DNA from: Ktedonobacterales bacterium
GTDB taxonomy: Bacteria; Chloroflexota; Ktedonobacteria; Ktedonobacterales; JADMIN01
DNA length: 32,000 bases
Reading direction: 5' to 3'
Assembly: GCA_030167145.1 (NCBI GenBank)
Contig: CP126532.1
Span: 1,230,001-1,262,000 of the forward strand
In this document: positions 7,908 through 16,163 of the stretch, piece after piece
Position numbering within the stretch: the first letter of the stretch is position 1
Layout of the letters: every line of letters begins with the position of its first letter
The notes under the pieces: model-generated
Databases searched by the model: none
The model's input: only the letters and a program-made list of their open reading frames with translations
What the model was told of the DNA's origin: nothing
Made by a program: the position numbers and the translations under genes

Positions 7908-8552
7908 ATGACTGAGCAGGCTGATGGCGTGGGAGCGGGGCTGGTGGCGCTGGCGCGGCGCGCGCCAGGGCTGACGGCGATGCTGCTGATGGCGGTGGCG
8001 GGGGTGGGCATCTCGATCTACCTGACGACGATCCACTACGCCAAGGTGGCGCCGTTCTGCACGACGGGCGGCGTCATCAACTGCGCGTCGGTGCTGCGCA
8101 GCCAGTTCTCGAATGTGCCGGGGACGCAACTGCCGATCACGATACCGGGCTTGCTGTGGTTCGTGGTGAGCGGCGGGCTGGCGTTCGTGGGGCTACGGGC
8201 GCTGTGGCGTGGTTCGCCGGAGCCGGAGCGGCTGCGGGCGGCGCACTTCGTCTGGGCAGCGGCGGGCATGCTCTTCGTGCTGTATCTGGTCTACGCCGAG
8301 ATCGTGGTGCTGCATAGCATCTGCGAGTGGTGTACGACGGTCCACATCATGACGTTTGCGACGTTCCTGATCGCGCTGGGCCGTCTGCAACACGTGGATA
8401 CGCCGACTCGCACGCCTGTTGCGCGCGGCGAGCGCAATCGGAGCGCGAATGCGGCGCATGCGCCCACGCGCCCGGCGACGGGTACGGCGCGCCACGGCGC
8501 GACAACGAGCCGCCAGCGGACGAGCGCGCAGGCACCGCGCAGGCGGCGGTAG
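7908..8552 (+). CDS. vitamin K epoxide reductase (VKOR) family protein
   Basis: ATG with AGAGGAG 9 nt upstream, 21 nt after the DUF929 stop. Polytopic membrane protein with a loop Cys pair 8 residues apart ('FCTTGGVINC', C51/C59) and a membrane CxxC ('SICEWCTTVH', C139/C142). That is the VKOR four-Cys arrangement. The C-terminal tail is Arg-rich. Confidence 0.85.
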   Translation: MTEQADGVGAGLVALARRAPGLTAMLLMAVAGVGISIYLTTIHYAKVAPFCTTGGVINCASVLRSQFSNVPGTQLPITIPGLLWFVVSGGLAFVGLRALWRGSPEPERLRAAHFVWAAAGMLFVLYLVYAEIVVLHSICEWCTTVHIMTFATFLIALGRLQHVDTPTRTPVARGERNRSANAAHAPTRPATGTARHGATTSRQRTSAQAPRRRR

Positions 8553-8589
8553 GAACGCGGGGATGGCGGGGAGTAGACAGGGGAGCTGG

Positions 8590-9294
8590 TCAACTGGTCT
8601 TGCGGCTGGCCTTGTAGTCTTGATCCCGTTCGAGCAACACCAGTTGACCGGCCCGTTTCGTCGGACGCACAGGCTTAAGCGCCACGCCAGCGGGTTGCGC
8701 GTCAGTGGGGTCGCCAACCTCATTACCCCATTGCGCCCAGCCAGGTCGTGAGTGGCGGGCGAAAAGCTCAAGATAAGGCCCAGGGCTGCACTGCTCGATG
8801 ATGTCGTAGAGTTCATCGGGCTTGCGCGAGTGCTCGCGCTTCTGGGTACTCAGGATGTTCACTTGCCGACGGCCTGGAGCCAGGGTGCGTAAAGAGCCGC
8901 GCGTGCCAAAGAGCACAAGTTCCGTGACATTGCGAAAGTAGAAGCCAACGCCTCTGCCATCCGGCCCGCCATCTTTGCGGATTTTATACCAGACGAGGTT
9001 CGTTTTGTAGGTGAAGCCCCATCGCTTCATCACCTCAAGACCTTCCAGGATGAGCGCGTTTGGCACCCACAAATAGAGATGGCTCTGCGGGAGCGCCAAC
9101 TGCGCGACTGGCAGTTCAAGGATCTCGTCAAGCGTCATCGTTGAGTAGCGCGAGAGGCGTCTGTGTTCGGGGGCCATCTTGCCTGTGCGATTGGAGAACT
9201 GCCACGGAGGGTCTGCCAGAATCGTCCCGCAGCGGTCGAATCCCTGTGCCAGTAAGTCTTCAGCAGCCGTGGGAGGGGTCTCGTGTTCGCTCAT
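8590..9294 (-). CDS. MT-A70 family DNA methyltransferase (beta-class amino-MTase, 'DPPW' motif)
   Basis: 'ILADPPWQF' catalytic motif, plus 'LYLWVP', 'WGFTYKTNLVWYK' and 'REHSRKPDELYDIIE'. I place the start at ATG 9294, which overlaps the upstream stop as ATGA. The track's 9351 start lies inside the upstream gene. Confidence 0.9.
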   Translation of the reverse strand: MSEHETPPTAAEDLLAQGFDRCGTILADPPWQFSNRTGKMAPEHRRLSRYSTMTLDEILELPVAQLALPQSHLYLWVPNALILEGLEVMKRWGFTYKTNLVWYKIRKDGGPDGRGVGFYFRNVTELVLFGTRGSLRTLAPGRRQVNILSTQKREHSRKPDELYDIIEQCSPGPYLELFARHSRPGWAQWGNEVGDPTDAQPAGVALKPVRPTKRAGQLVLLERDQDYKASRKTS

Positions 9295-9887
9295 GATCGC
9301 GCTCCATCTGTATACAGCCCACGTGAGATGCCGAACACCAGGATCGGACACCCTCCACCGCCGCCACCTTCGATTCGAGGCAGAAGCTTGCTCATGTGTG
9401 TGGTTGAGGCGCCATATGATGAGCCTCTGCCAAGTGTATCGAAGAGCTGCTGCAATTCGTCACAGCGCGTGACGATGACGCCAACGCTTACCGCGCGCAG
9501 ATCGAAGAGCAAACGAAAGTTGTTGAGGTCGCGGTCAAAGAATGGATCTTTGTTGTTCCACTCGATCTCCAGCGCGATCCCATTCTTATAGCAGTCTACC
9601 TTGTGAGTAGGTGAAGCGTACTCGGCCTCATCAACGACGATTTTAGTGTTGAATCCGCGTTCACGCCATCCGCGTGCAGTGAACTCGCCATCAATACGAC
9701 TGGCAACCGCTGACTTCGATCCTCCTGGGGTTTCTATCTCGGTGCGCCACAATCGGAAATTGGTCAGCACGTCTATGATGTCGTGCCATTCGGATGGGAA
9801 GTCATAGCGCAAAATAGCGATAGCGTGCTTCCATTCGTGGACTTCGTATTGCGTTCGCACGAACTCCAGCAGCAGATCAAGCGTCAC
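9291..9887 (-). CDS. type II restriction endonuclease, BamHI/BglII/BstYI-like fold
   Basis: 'THKVDCYKNGIALEIEWNNKDPFFDRDLNNFRLLFDLRAVSVGVIVTR' matches the D-x9-E-x-E PD-(D/E)xK core and following helix of BglII/BstYI-type enzymes ('HKIDFVKDRVAFEVQFGKY...'). I place the start at GTG 9887 (AAGGAG + 7 nt). GC is about 50%, against about 65% in the flanks. Confidence 0.72.
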   Translation of the reverse strand: MTLDLLLEFVRTQYEVHEWKHAIAILRYDFPSEWHDIIDVLTNFRLWRTEIETPGGSKSAVASRIDGEFTARGWRERGFNTKIVVDEAEYASPTHKVDCYKNGIALEIEWNNKDPFFDRDLNNFRLLFDLRAVSVGVIVTRCDELQQLFDTLGRGSSYGASTTHMSKLLPRIEGGGGGGCPILVFGISRGLYTDGARS

Positions 9888-9964
9888 GCGCCCGCTCCTT
9901 ATATGCGCTCTAAGGGCAGTGCTCCCAAGCGCGAAGTGTGGTGATATATATGGCGAGGCATTGC

Positions 9965-9981
9965 CAGGCGCTGAACGCCTG
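9965..9981. promoter_or_regulatory. small hairpin/palindrome between marC and the R-M cassette
   Basis: CAGGCG-CTGAA-CGCCTG (6-bp stem, 5-nt loop), about 80 nt upstream of the endonuclease GTG and about 110 nt downstream of the marC stop. Its function is undetermined. Confidence 0.25.
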
Positions 9982-10089
9982 ATCTTTAGTATACTGTAAG
10001 AACTGATGAATAGCGGCACCTTTAGGAGGAACTCGAACGGGAGAGGATGAGATGATGCTCGCTCCGCTCAGTGCGGGCGGTGACTGCTA

Positions 10090-10737
10090 TCAGTGGCCGA
10101 TGAGGTGAATGACGCCAAGGTCAGCCAGACCATTGAGGATGAGTTGCACAGCGAGCGCGGCCAGCAGGAAGCCAAAGACCTTTTCGATGACCAACATGCG
10201 GTTCTCATCGAGGTGATTGCTGACTCGATTCGCAAAGCGGAAGATGAGGATGTCGAGCACGATCACGGCGGCCAGCACGCCGATGACCACGGCGATCTCG
10301 ACGAACGAGGTGGACTCCGCAGAGGCGGTGATGAGGACAACGATGCCCACGGGATTGAGCAGGTAGGGTACCGCCAGAGGGAAAGTGGCCAGTTGCATTG
10401 GATCTTTGCCCGCGAGTGATGTGGATTTCGCCTCGAAATCTGGCGACCGGAGCACCATCGGCACGGCGAGGATCAGCAGGATGATGCCGCTGGCGATGGA
10501 GAGCGCGCCCGGTGAGAAGTGCAGCAGGCCGGTGAGCAGTTCGCCGAAGATGAGCAGGATGAGCGCGGTGATGGTGGCGGTGATGAGCATCTTCTGGTCA
10601 ATGCGCCGTTTGGTTGCGCCATCCATACCTTTGGTAATCTCTAGGTAGGGCACCAGGGCGATCTTGGGGCCGATGCCAATGAGCAGCAGCAGAAACATGT
10701 CAATGACAAACACAAGGTCAATCGTGGCAAAGTCCAT
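10090..10737 (-). CDS. MarC (UPF0056) family integral membrane protein
   Basis: 215 aa with about 6 TM helices. The N-terminal 'FLLLLIGIGPKIALVPYL', the 'MLITATITALILLIFGELL' helix and the overall size are typical of the MarC family. ATG with AGAGAGGGG upstream. Confidence 0.75.
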   Translation of the reverse strand: MDFATIDLVFVIDMFLLLLIGIGPKIALVPYLEITKGMDGATKRRIDQKMLITATITALILLIFGELLTGLLHFSPGALSIASGIILLILAVPMVLRSPDFEAKSTSLAGKDPMQLATFPLAVPYLLNPVGIVVLITASAESTSFVEIAVVIGVLAAVIVLDILIFRFANRVSNHLDENRMLVIEKVFGFLLAALAVQLILNGLADLGVIHLIGH

Positions 10738-10943
10738 GGCGAACCCCTCTCTAGCTGGCGGCGCGCGTGATGCATAGGGGCAACGATTGCATGACGCGGG
10801 CCAATGCGTGAGGGCGTGCGGGATGACGTGGGAGGTGGCTCCTAGTGATACAAGGCGGGCAGCGCGGTATCCGGTATAATGAGGGGCGCGGGTGTGCGGC
10901 GTTCGCGGAGACCGTGGTAAGCAGCGAAAAGGATACGATAGGC

Positions 10944-12137
10944 ATGGGGCGTGGACATCTGGTGATCGGGCAATCGGGCGGGGCGACGGCGGTGATCAAC
11001 GCGAGCCTGGTCGGGGCGGTGCGCGCGGCGTTCGCTGAGGACGCGATAGACAGCATCTACGGCGCGCGCTATGGCATCGAAGGGGTGCTACGGCGCGATC
11101 TGGTAGATCTGCGGCAGGAGCCGCTCGGCCTGTGGGATGCGCTGCTGACGACGCCGTCCGCCGCGCTGGGGTCGTGCCGTTACCGGCTGCGCGAGGGGGA
11201 TGCGGAACGGGCGGTGACGCAGCTACGCGACCTGGGCGCGCGCTACTTTCTGTATATCGGCGGCAACGATTCGGCGGATACGGCGCACCAGATGGCGCTG
11301 GCGGCGCGCGAGATGGACTATGACCTGCGGGTGATCTGCGTGCCGAAGACAATTGACAATGACCTGCCGGAGACGGACCACTGCCCTGGCTATGGCAGTG
11401 CGGGGCGATTTCTGGCGCTGGCGACGATGGATTCGGCGCTCTGCACGGAGTCTATGCCCTCGCACTATCCAGTGAAGTTGATCGAGGTGATGGGGCGCGA
11501 CGCAGGTTGGCTTGCGGCGACGGCGGCGCTGGGCAAGGAGCGCGAGGAGGATGCGCCGCACCTGATCTACTTTCCTGAACGGCCACTCAGCGCAGAGCGC
11601 TTTCTGCGCGATGTGCGCGAGGCGCATGCGCGCTACGGGCAGGTGGTAGCGGTGGTGGCGGAGACGGTGCGGGATGAGCAGGGGCAATCGCTAGGGGCGC
11701 TGGGCAGCCAGGGGACCGATGCGTTCGGGCATCCGCTGCTGAGCGGTGCGGCGCAGTATCTGGTGAGCCTGGTGCGCGCGGAGCTAGGGCTGCGGGCGCG
11801 GTTCGATAAGCCGGGGGATTTGCAGCGGATGTCGTCGGCGTGTGTCTCGGAGACGGACCGGGCGGAGGCGGAGGCGGTGGGGCGGGCAGCGCTGCGCGCG
11901 GCGGTGGCGGGGGAGACGGATAAGATGGTGACGCTGGCGCGCGCGCCGGGGCCGGAGTATGCCTGCGAGACGGGGCTGACGGAACTGGCGCGCGTAGCGA
12001 ATACGCTGCGCCCGATGCCGGAGGAGTTCATCACACCGGAGGGAACTGGGGTGACGGAGGCGTTCCGGCGTTACGCGCTGCCGCTGCTGGGCGCAGCTCT
12101 GCCCCAGCATGCGCGACTGGTGGGCGTGCAGGCATAG
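10944..12137 (+). CDS. 6-phosphofructokinase family protein (possibly PPi-dependent)
   Basis: I place the start at ATG 10944. Motifs 'GQSGGATAVINASL', 'YIGGNDSADTA', 'VPKTIDNDL' and 'VMGRDAGWLAA'. 'GGNDS' puts Asp where ATP-PFKs have Gly (GGDGS), which hints at PPi dependence. That is inference only. Confidence 0.88.
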   Translation: MGRGHLVIGQSGGATAVINASLVGAVRAAFAEDAIDSIYGARYGIEGVLRRDLVDLRQEPLGLWDALLTTPSAALGSCRYRLREGDAERAVTQLRDLGARYFLYIGGNDSADTAHQMALAAREMDYDLRVICVPKTIDNDLPETDHCPGYGSAGRFLALATMDSALCTESMPSHYPVKLIEVMGRDAGWLAATAALGKEREEDAPHLIYFPERPLSAERFLRDVREAHARYGQVVAVVAETVRDEQGQSLGALGSQGTDAFGHPLLSGAAQYLVSLVRAELGLRARFDKPGDLQRMSSACVSETDRAEAEAVGRAALRAAVAGETDKMVTLARAPGPEYACETGLTELARVANTLRPMPEEFITPEGTGVTEAFRRYALPLLGAALPQHARLVGVQA

Positions 12138-12147
12138 ACGGACGTAC

Positions 12148-12200
12148 AACCATACATGGCCGACGCATAGATGGGCGTCCATTCGCGACCATGTATGGTT
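12148..12200. terminator. nested inverted repeat between convergent genes (bidirectional terminator candidate)
   Basis: Outer perfect 12-bp arms AACCATACATGG (12148-12159) and CCATGTATGGTT (12189-12200). Inner stem GACGC(12162-12166)/GCGTC(12175-12179). It sits between the pfk stop (12137) and the beta-propeller stop (12239). Confidence 0.5.
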
Positions 12201-12238
12201 AGAGCTGACGCACGAATGATGGGTCACAGCCCAACTGG

Positions 12239-13687
12239 TTAGAGGTGGAAGGCGTAGAGCCTGCTGTTTACCGACCCCACGTACACGATGCCGTCAGCGA
12301 TGACGGGCGATGCGGATGAGTAGTTTCCGATATATGTCGAGAAGTCCACTGCTCCCGATGTGGCGTCCAGGGCGAGCAGATCACCGCCACCGCCGACGAC
12401 ATAGACCAGCCCGTTGGCGACGGCTGCCGAGGAGGTGATAGGGCCAGCGGTACCGAATGCCCAAGCCTGCACTCCGGTTACTGCGTTGACAGCGTGCAAT
12501 GTGTAGTCCGCCGAGCCGATGTAGACCATCCCATTAGCAACCGCTGGGGAGGCGGTGATCGGGCCGCCAGTAGCGGCACTCCAGATCAACTTGCTCGTCT
12601 TGGCGTTCAGCGCGTAAAGATTCTGGTCGGCGGAGCCGATATAGAGCACCTGTGTCGCGGTTCCGCCGATAGTCTCAGAGGCCACGGCCGCCGAAGACTG
12701 GATACTGCCACCGGTCGTGTAGCTCCAGGCCAGAGCACCGGTGGCGGTATTGAGCGCATACAACGAATTGCCAGAGCCGAAGTAGACATTCCCATTCGCG
12801 ACCGCAGGCGACGAGAAGATCGAGTTCGTGGTGCTGTAGGTCCAGATCAGCGTGCCAGTTGCGGCGTTCAAGGCATAGAGGCCGCCGTTTTGTGAGCCGA
12901 CATAGACCACCGAAGTTTTCGTGCCGCTAATGGTTGCCGATGCGACGACTGGCGAGGAGGCGATAGCGCCGGTGGCATAGCTCCAAACGAGCTTGCCGGT
13001 CGTGGCATTCAGCGCATACAGGGTGTTGTCGAAGGAGCCGACGTAGACGATTCCATTCGAGACTACCGCCGAGGAGCGGATGAAGCCGCCGGTCGCGTAA
13101 CTCCATTTGAGCGCGCCCGTCGAGACGTTGATTGCGTACAGTATGCCATCTTCTGAGCCAATGTAGGCAATCCCTTTCACCACCACCGGCGAAGCGACCA
13201 CCTCGTTGCCAGTGGTGTAGCTCCAGTCGAGCGCCAGCCCGGAGACGTTCGAGGTGTTGAGCACATTCTCATAGGGGTTGTAGCGTCCGCCCTGCGCGCT
13301 GAATCCGAACGGATTCCAATTGGTCTGGACCAGGAAGGTCGCGGAGGCGGTCAGCTTACTCGTCGCGCCAATGCCGGTGACGGTGTGATTGCCAGGTGTC
13401 GCGGTCGCGGGCACGGTAAGAGATGCGCTGAAGGCGCCAGCGGAGCTGGTCGTCGCCGTGCCGACAGTGGTGCTGTCGAAGGTGATGGTAACGCTCTCTG
13501 AAGCGCCGAACCCTGAGCCATTGACGGTCGTTTTGGTGGTCGGGGGGCCAGAATTGCTGGGAAGCTTCAGCGTAGCCCCGCTCGCTAAGGCAATGTTGCC
13601 AGTTGTGAAACCAGTCTCAGCGCATAAGAGCGCCAGCATTATGCTGGTAGCCAGCGCCACCCGCAGTCGCATCACATGCCTGAACAC
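12239..13687 (-). CDS. secreted PQQ-like (BamB-type) 8-bladed beta-propeller repeat protein with N-terminal Ig-like domain
   Basis: Eight repeats of the form 'G(I/V)VY(V/I)GS.D..LYALNA.TG.L.W(S/T)Y'. Signal peptide 'MRLRVALATSIMLALLCAETG'. I place the start at GTG 13687 (AGGAGGA + about 7 nt); ATG 13672 is an alternative. Confidence 0.85.
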   Translation of the reverse strand: MFRHVMRLRVALATSIMLALLCAETGFTTGNIALASGATLKLPSNSGPPTTKTTVNGSGFGASESVTITFDSTTVGTATTSSAGAFSASLTVPATATPGNHTVTGIGATSKLTASATFLVQTNWNPFGFSAQGGRYNPYENVLNTSNVSGLALDWSYTTGNEVVASPVVVKGIAYIGSEDGILYAINVSTGALKWSYATGGFIRSSAVVSNGIVYVGSFDNTLYALNATTGKLVWSYATGAIASSPVVASATISGTKTSVVYVGSQNGGLYALNAATGTLIWTYSTTNSIFSSPAVANGNVYFGSGNSLYALNTATGALAWSYTTGGSIQSSAAVASETIGGTATQVLYIGSADQNLYALNAKTSKLIWSAATGGPITASPAVANGMVYIGSADYTLHAVNAVTGVQAWAFGTAGPITSSAAVANGLVYVVGGGGDLLALDATSGAVDFSTYIGNYSSASPVIADGIVYVGSVNSRLYAFHL

Positions 13688-13878
13688 GGTGTTCCTCCTT
13701 CGTCGCCATTCATCCATACACTTCGCCGCTACGCCGTGTGCGTCAGCGCCTATGCGCTTTGTAGCGCTGAGCGGCCACTATGCACAGGGCGATAGGTGTA
13801 CGAAAAGGGTACTTTCGTATCAACCGGGAGTTGGGAGGCAATTGTCGAGGAGGCGGCGACGTGCGCGCAGCGGATGCG

Positions 13879-14736
13879 CTAGCGCGTGGCGGGGAAGTGG
13901 TAGCGGAGGAAGAGGTGGCTTTCGGCGCGCCTGACACTGGTGAGGCTGCCCCAGAGCGGGGCGGCGGGCGCGAAGATGCGGCCTTCGGCGAGGCCGGGGC
14001 GGTTGTGCTGAGTGTCGCGTCCGGCGATCTGGGGTGCGAGGGTCAGGAATAGCTCGTTGAGCAGATGTTCCGCGAAGAAGTCGCCCATGATGTGCGGGCC
14101 GCCTTCGACGAGGATACGCTCAGTTGGCTGCGCGTCTTGAATGGCGCGGAGGATGCTCGCCGCCGCGACGCTATCGCCGGGCTGGGGGGAGACGTGGACG
14201 TGTGGAGGCAAGGTGTGCTGGGCGAGGCGCGTTGCGCCCGCCGCCGTGGTGACGATCAACGTTTGCACGCGGCCAGAGGCGAAGACAGGCAGCGTGAGGT
14301 CGAGGTCGCCGCGAGCGGTGACGATGACGTTGAGCGGCGGCTGATGCAGGCCCAACGCGGTCCGCAACGCTTGGTAGTCGGCTGCCAGCGGGGGATAGAT
14401 GTAGTCCGCCGTCCACAGGTGCTTGGGCACAGAGCGCAGGGTGCCCGCGCCAGCGACGACGGCGCCAGCGACGGCGCGCAGGATGCCCATCACCGCGCGG
14501 TCGTGCTGGTTGAAGCCGCTGATGTCGCCGCCGCCCGCGTGGTTGGGGTCGTCGAGCGCGACAACGCCGTCGAGCGTGCTGACGAAGTTGGCGAAGATAT
14601 GGGGGCTGCGCTGTGCTGGCGGAGGCAAGCTGAGCGGCCCGTAGAGGGCCGCCAGCGCCGGTGGCAGGGGAAGTGGCTCGCCAGGGGTGTCATCGAAGAG
14701 GGTGACGAGTGGGGTGAGTGGGGCCGACGCGCTCAT
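13879..14736 (-). CDS. RibD C-terminal domain / DHFR-fold reductase family protein
   Basis: 'ANFVSTLDGVVAL', 'DRAVMGILRAVAGAVVAGAGTLR', 'ILVEGGPHIMGDFFAEHLLNELFLTLAPQIAG' and the overall length fit pyrimidine-reductase-like RibD_C proteins. The ATG overlaps the folE stop as ATGA (14733-14736). Confidence 0.72.
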   Translation of the reverse strand: MSASAPLTPLVTLFDDTPGEPLPLPPALAALYGPLSLPPPAQRSPHIFANFVSTLDGVVALDDPNHAGGGDISGFNQHDRAVMGILRAVAGAVVAGAGTLRSVPKHLWTADYIYPPLAADYQALRTALGLHQPPLNVIVTARGDLDLTLPVFASGRVQTLIVTTAAGATRLAQHTLPPHVHVSPQPGDSVAAASILRAIQDAQPTERILVEGGPHIMGDFFAEHLLNELFLTLAPQIAGRDTQHNRPGLAEGRIFAPAAPLWGSLTSVRRAESHLFLRYHFPATR

Positions 14737-15386
14737 TTGGCGCTGGCTCCGCTGAGGTTGAGGAACTCGGCGCGCAACGCAGGGTTCTTGGCAAATTCGC
14801 CGCGCCAGCAGGTGGTGCGGGTCAGCGAGGTGTCTTCGCGGACGCCGCGCATCTGGGTGCAGAGGTGATGCGCTTCGAGGTAGACGGCGACGCCGTGGGG
14901 CCAGAGCATCGTTTCCAGGGCTTCGGCGATCTGCTGGGCCATGCGCTCTTGCACGGTGAAGCGCTGGGCGAAGAGCCGCACCAGGCGGGTGAGCTTGGAG
15001 ATGCCGATGATGTGTTCATGGGCAATATAGGCGACGTAGGCGCGTCCGTAGAAGGGCAGCGCGTGATGCTCGCAGAGGGCGTAGAACTGGATCGGCCCTT
15101 CGATGACCTGGCTGAGATGGCAATCTGGCTCGCCCCGGCACTCGGCATCGAAGACGGTCAGCAGCTTAGGGTCGCCCTCGTAGCCTTGTGTTGCATCATA
15201 CATCGCTTGAATGAAACGTCGCGGGGTATCTTCGGTGGCCTGGGTGTTCATCTCCATGCCGAAGGCGGCGAAGATTTCGGCGGCATAGCCCTCGAAGGTG
15301 CGCATTTGCTCTTCGGTGACATGGCGGGGTCGAAGCTGTGTCACTGTTTCAATGGTTTCTTCATCCTGCTCAATACGTAAGGCCAT
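14733..15386 (-). CDS. folE: GTP cyclohydrolase I (FolE type, zinc-dependent)
   Basis: 'FYALCEHHALPFYGRAYVAYI', 'IGISKLTRLVRLFAQRFTVQERMAQQIA' and 'EAHHLCTQMRGV' are the canonical FolE motifs, including the Cys/His zinc ligands. I place the start at ATG 15386 (GGAGGA + 7 nt). The track's ATG 15401 contains that SD. Confidence 0.9.
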   Translation of the reverse strand: MALRIEQDEETIETVTQLRPRHVTEEQMRTFEGYAAEIFAAFGMEMNTQATEDTPRRFIQAMYDATQGYEGDPKLLTVFDAECRGEPDCHLSQVIEGPIQFYALCEHHALPFYGRAYVAYIAHEHIIGISKLTRLVRLFAQRFTVQERMAQQIAEALETMLWPHGVAVYLEAHHLCTQMRGVREDTSLTRTTCWRGEFAKNPALRAEFLNLSGASAK

Positions 15387-15422
15387 GATGACGTCCTCCA
15401 TATACCTGATTACTATGACTGG

Positions 15423-16103
15423 TTACAATGCCGGAGCCTCGGTTGGGGTATCGGCGCTGGCGTCGCAGGCGATCTCGAACTGGCAGCGCGGCTGCTGCTC
15501 GCCTTCGCAGACACACTGCGCGCACACTGGTGTTCCGGCGATGTCGCTGACCAGGGTTTCGGTGAGCGCGCAGATTTCGGGATGACCCGGAACCGCTGCC
15601 GCGAGGGGGCAGCTATAGCCGGTGATGATGTAGTGTCCGTCGCGCAGCTCAAGCTCGGCCAGGCCGCCCAGGGCGTTGAGCGTGCGGGTCACCGCTTCGG
15701 CGCGGCTGTGCGCGTCGGACTTGGTGGCGACGGGAAGCTGGAGGGCCATGCGGTGGCCGACTTCGCGCGCCGCTGTGGTGAGTGCTTCGGCGGGCATGCG
15801 CGCGCTGAGGATGTCGAGCAACTCGCGCAGCGCCTGGGCGTAGGGACGCGGAAAGATGTGCTCAGCCTCGGCGGTGAGCACGTATTCATAGGCGGGCTTG
15901 CCACTGCAACCGCTGCGCCGCACGCCGCGCTGCTGGGCGAGGCCGTCGCGCTCCAGCGCGGCCAGATGGACTCGCACGGCGTTATCGGTGAGATCGAGCG
16001 CCTGGGCCAGTTCTTCGACGGTGCGCGCATTGCGGCGCAGCAGCAGCAGGATCTGGCCGCGCGTGCTGGTGAGCATGCGTGCGTCCCATTGTCGCGCTGT
16101 CAT
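15423..16103 (-). CDS. ArsR-like winged-helix transcriptional regulator with Cys-rich C-terminal domain
   Basis: N-terminal 'RGQILLLLRRNARTVEELAQALDLTDNAVRVHLAALERDGL' is an ArsR/SmtB-type HTH. The last ~65 residues carry 7 Cys ('YSCP..EICAL..PVCAQCVCEGEQQPRCQFEIAC'). ATG with GAGGAGGAG upstream. Confidence 0.75.
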   Translation of the reverse strand: MTARQWDARMLTSTRGQILLLLRRNARTVEELAQALDLTDNAVRVHLAALERDGLAQQRGVRRSGCSGKPAYEYVLTAEAEHIFPRPYAQALRELLDILSARMPAEALTTAAREVGHRMALQLPVATKSDAHSRAEAVTRTLNALGGLAELELRDGHYIITGYSCPLAAAVPGHPEICALTETLVSDIAGTPVCAQCVCEGEQQPRCQFEIACDASADTPTEAPAL

Positions 16104-16163
16104 ACGCTCCTCCTCTGAATATCTGACCTACTCTCTAGAGCGTAGTACATCATGCACCGATAC

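Noticed and set aside
6783-8129. 448-aa minus-strand ORF
   Set aside because: It is antisense to the DUF929 and VKOR genes. Its sequence is extremely Arg/His-rich and motif-free. It is a GC-bias artefact.
12239-13300. Periodic ~120-nt DNA repetition
   Set aside because: It is explained by the eight diverged PQQ-like beta-propeller blades of the encoded protein. The repeats are degenerate at the DNA level and lie in frame.
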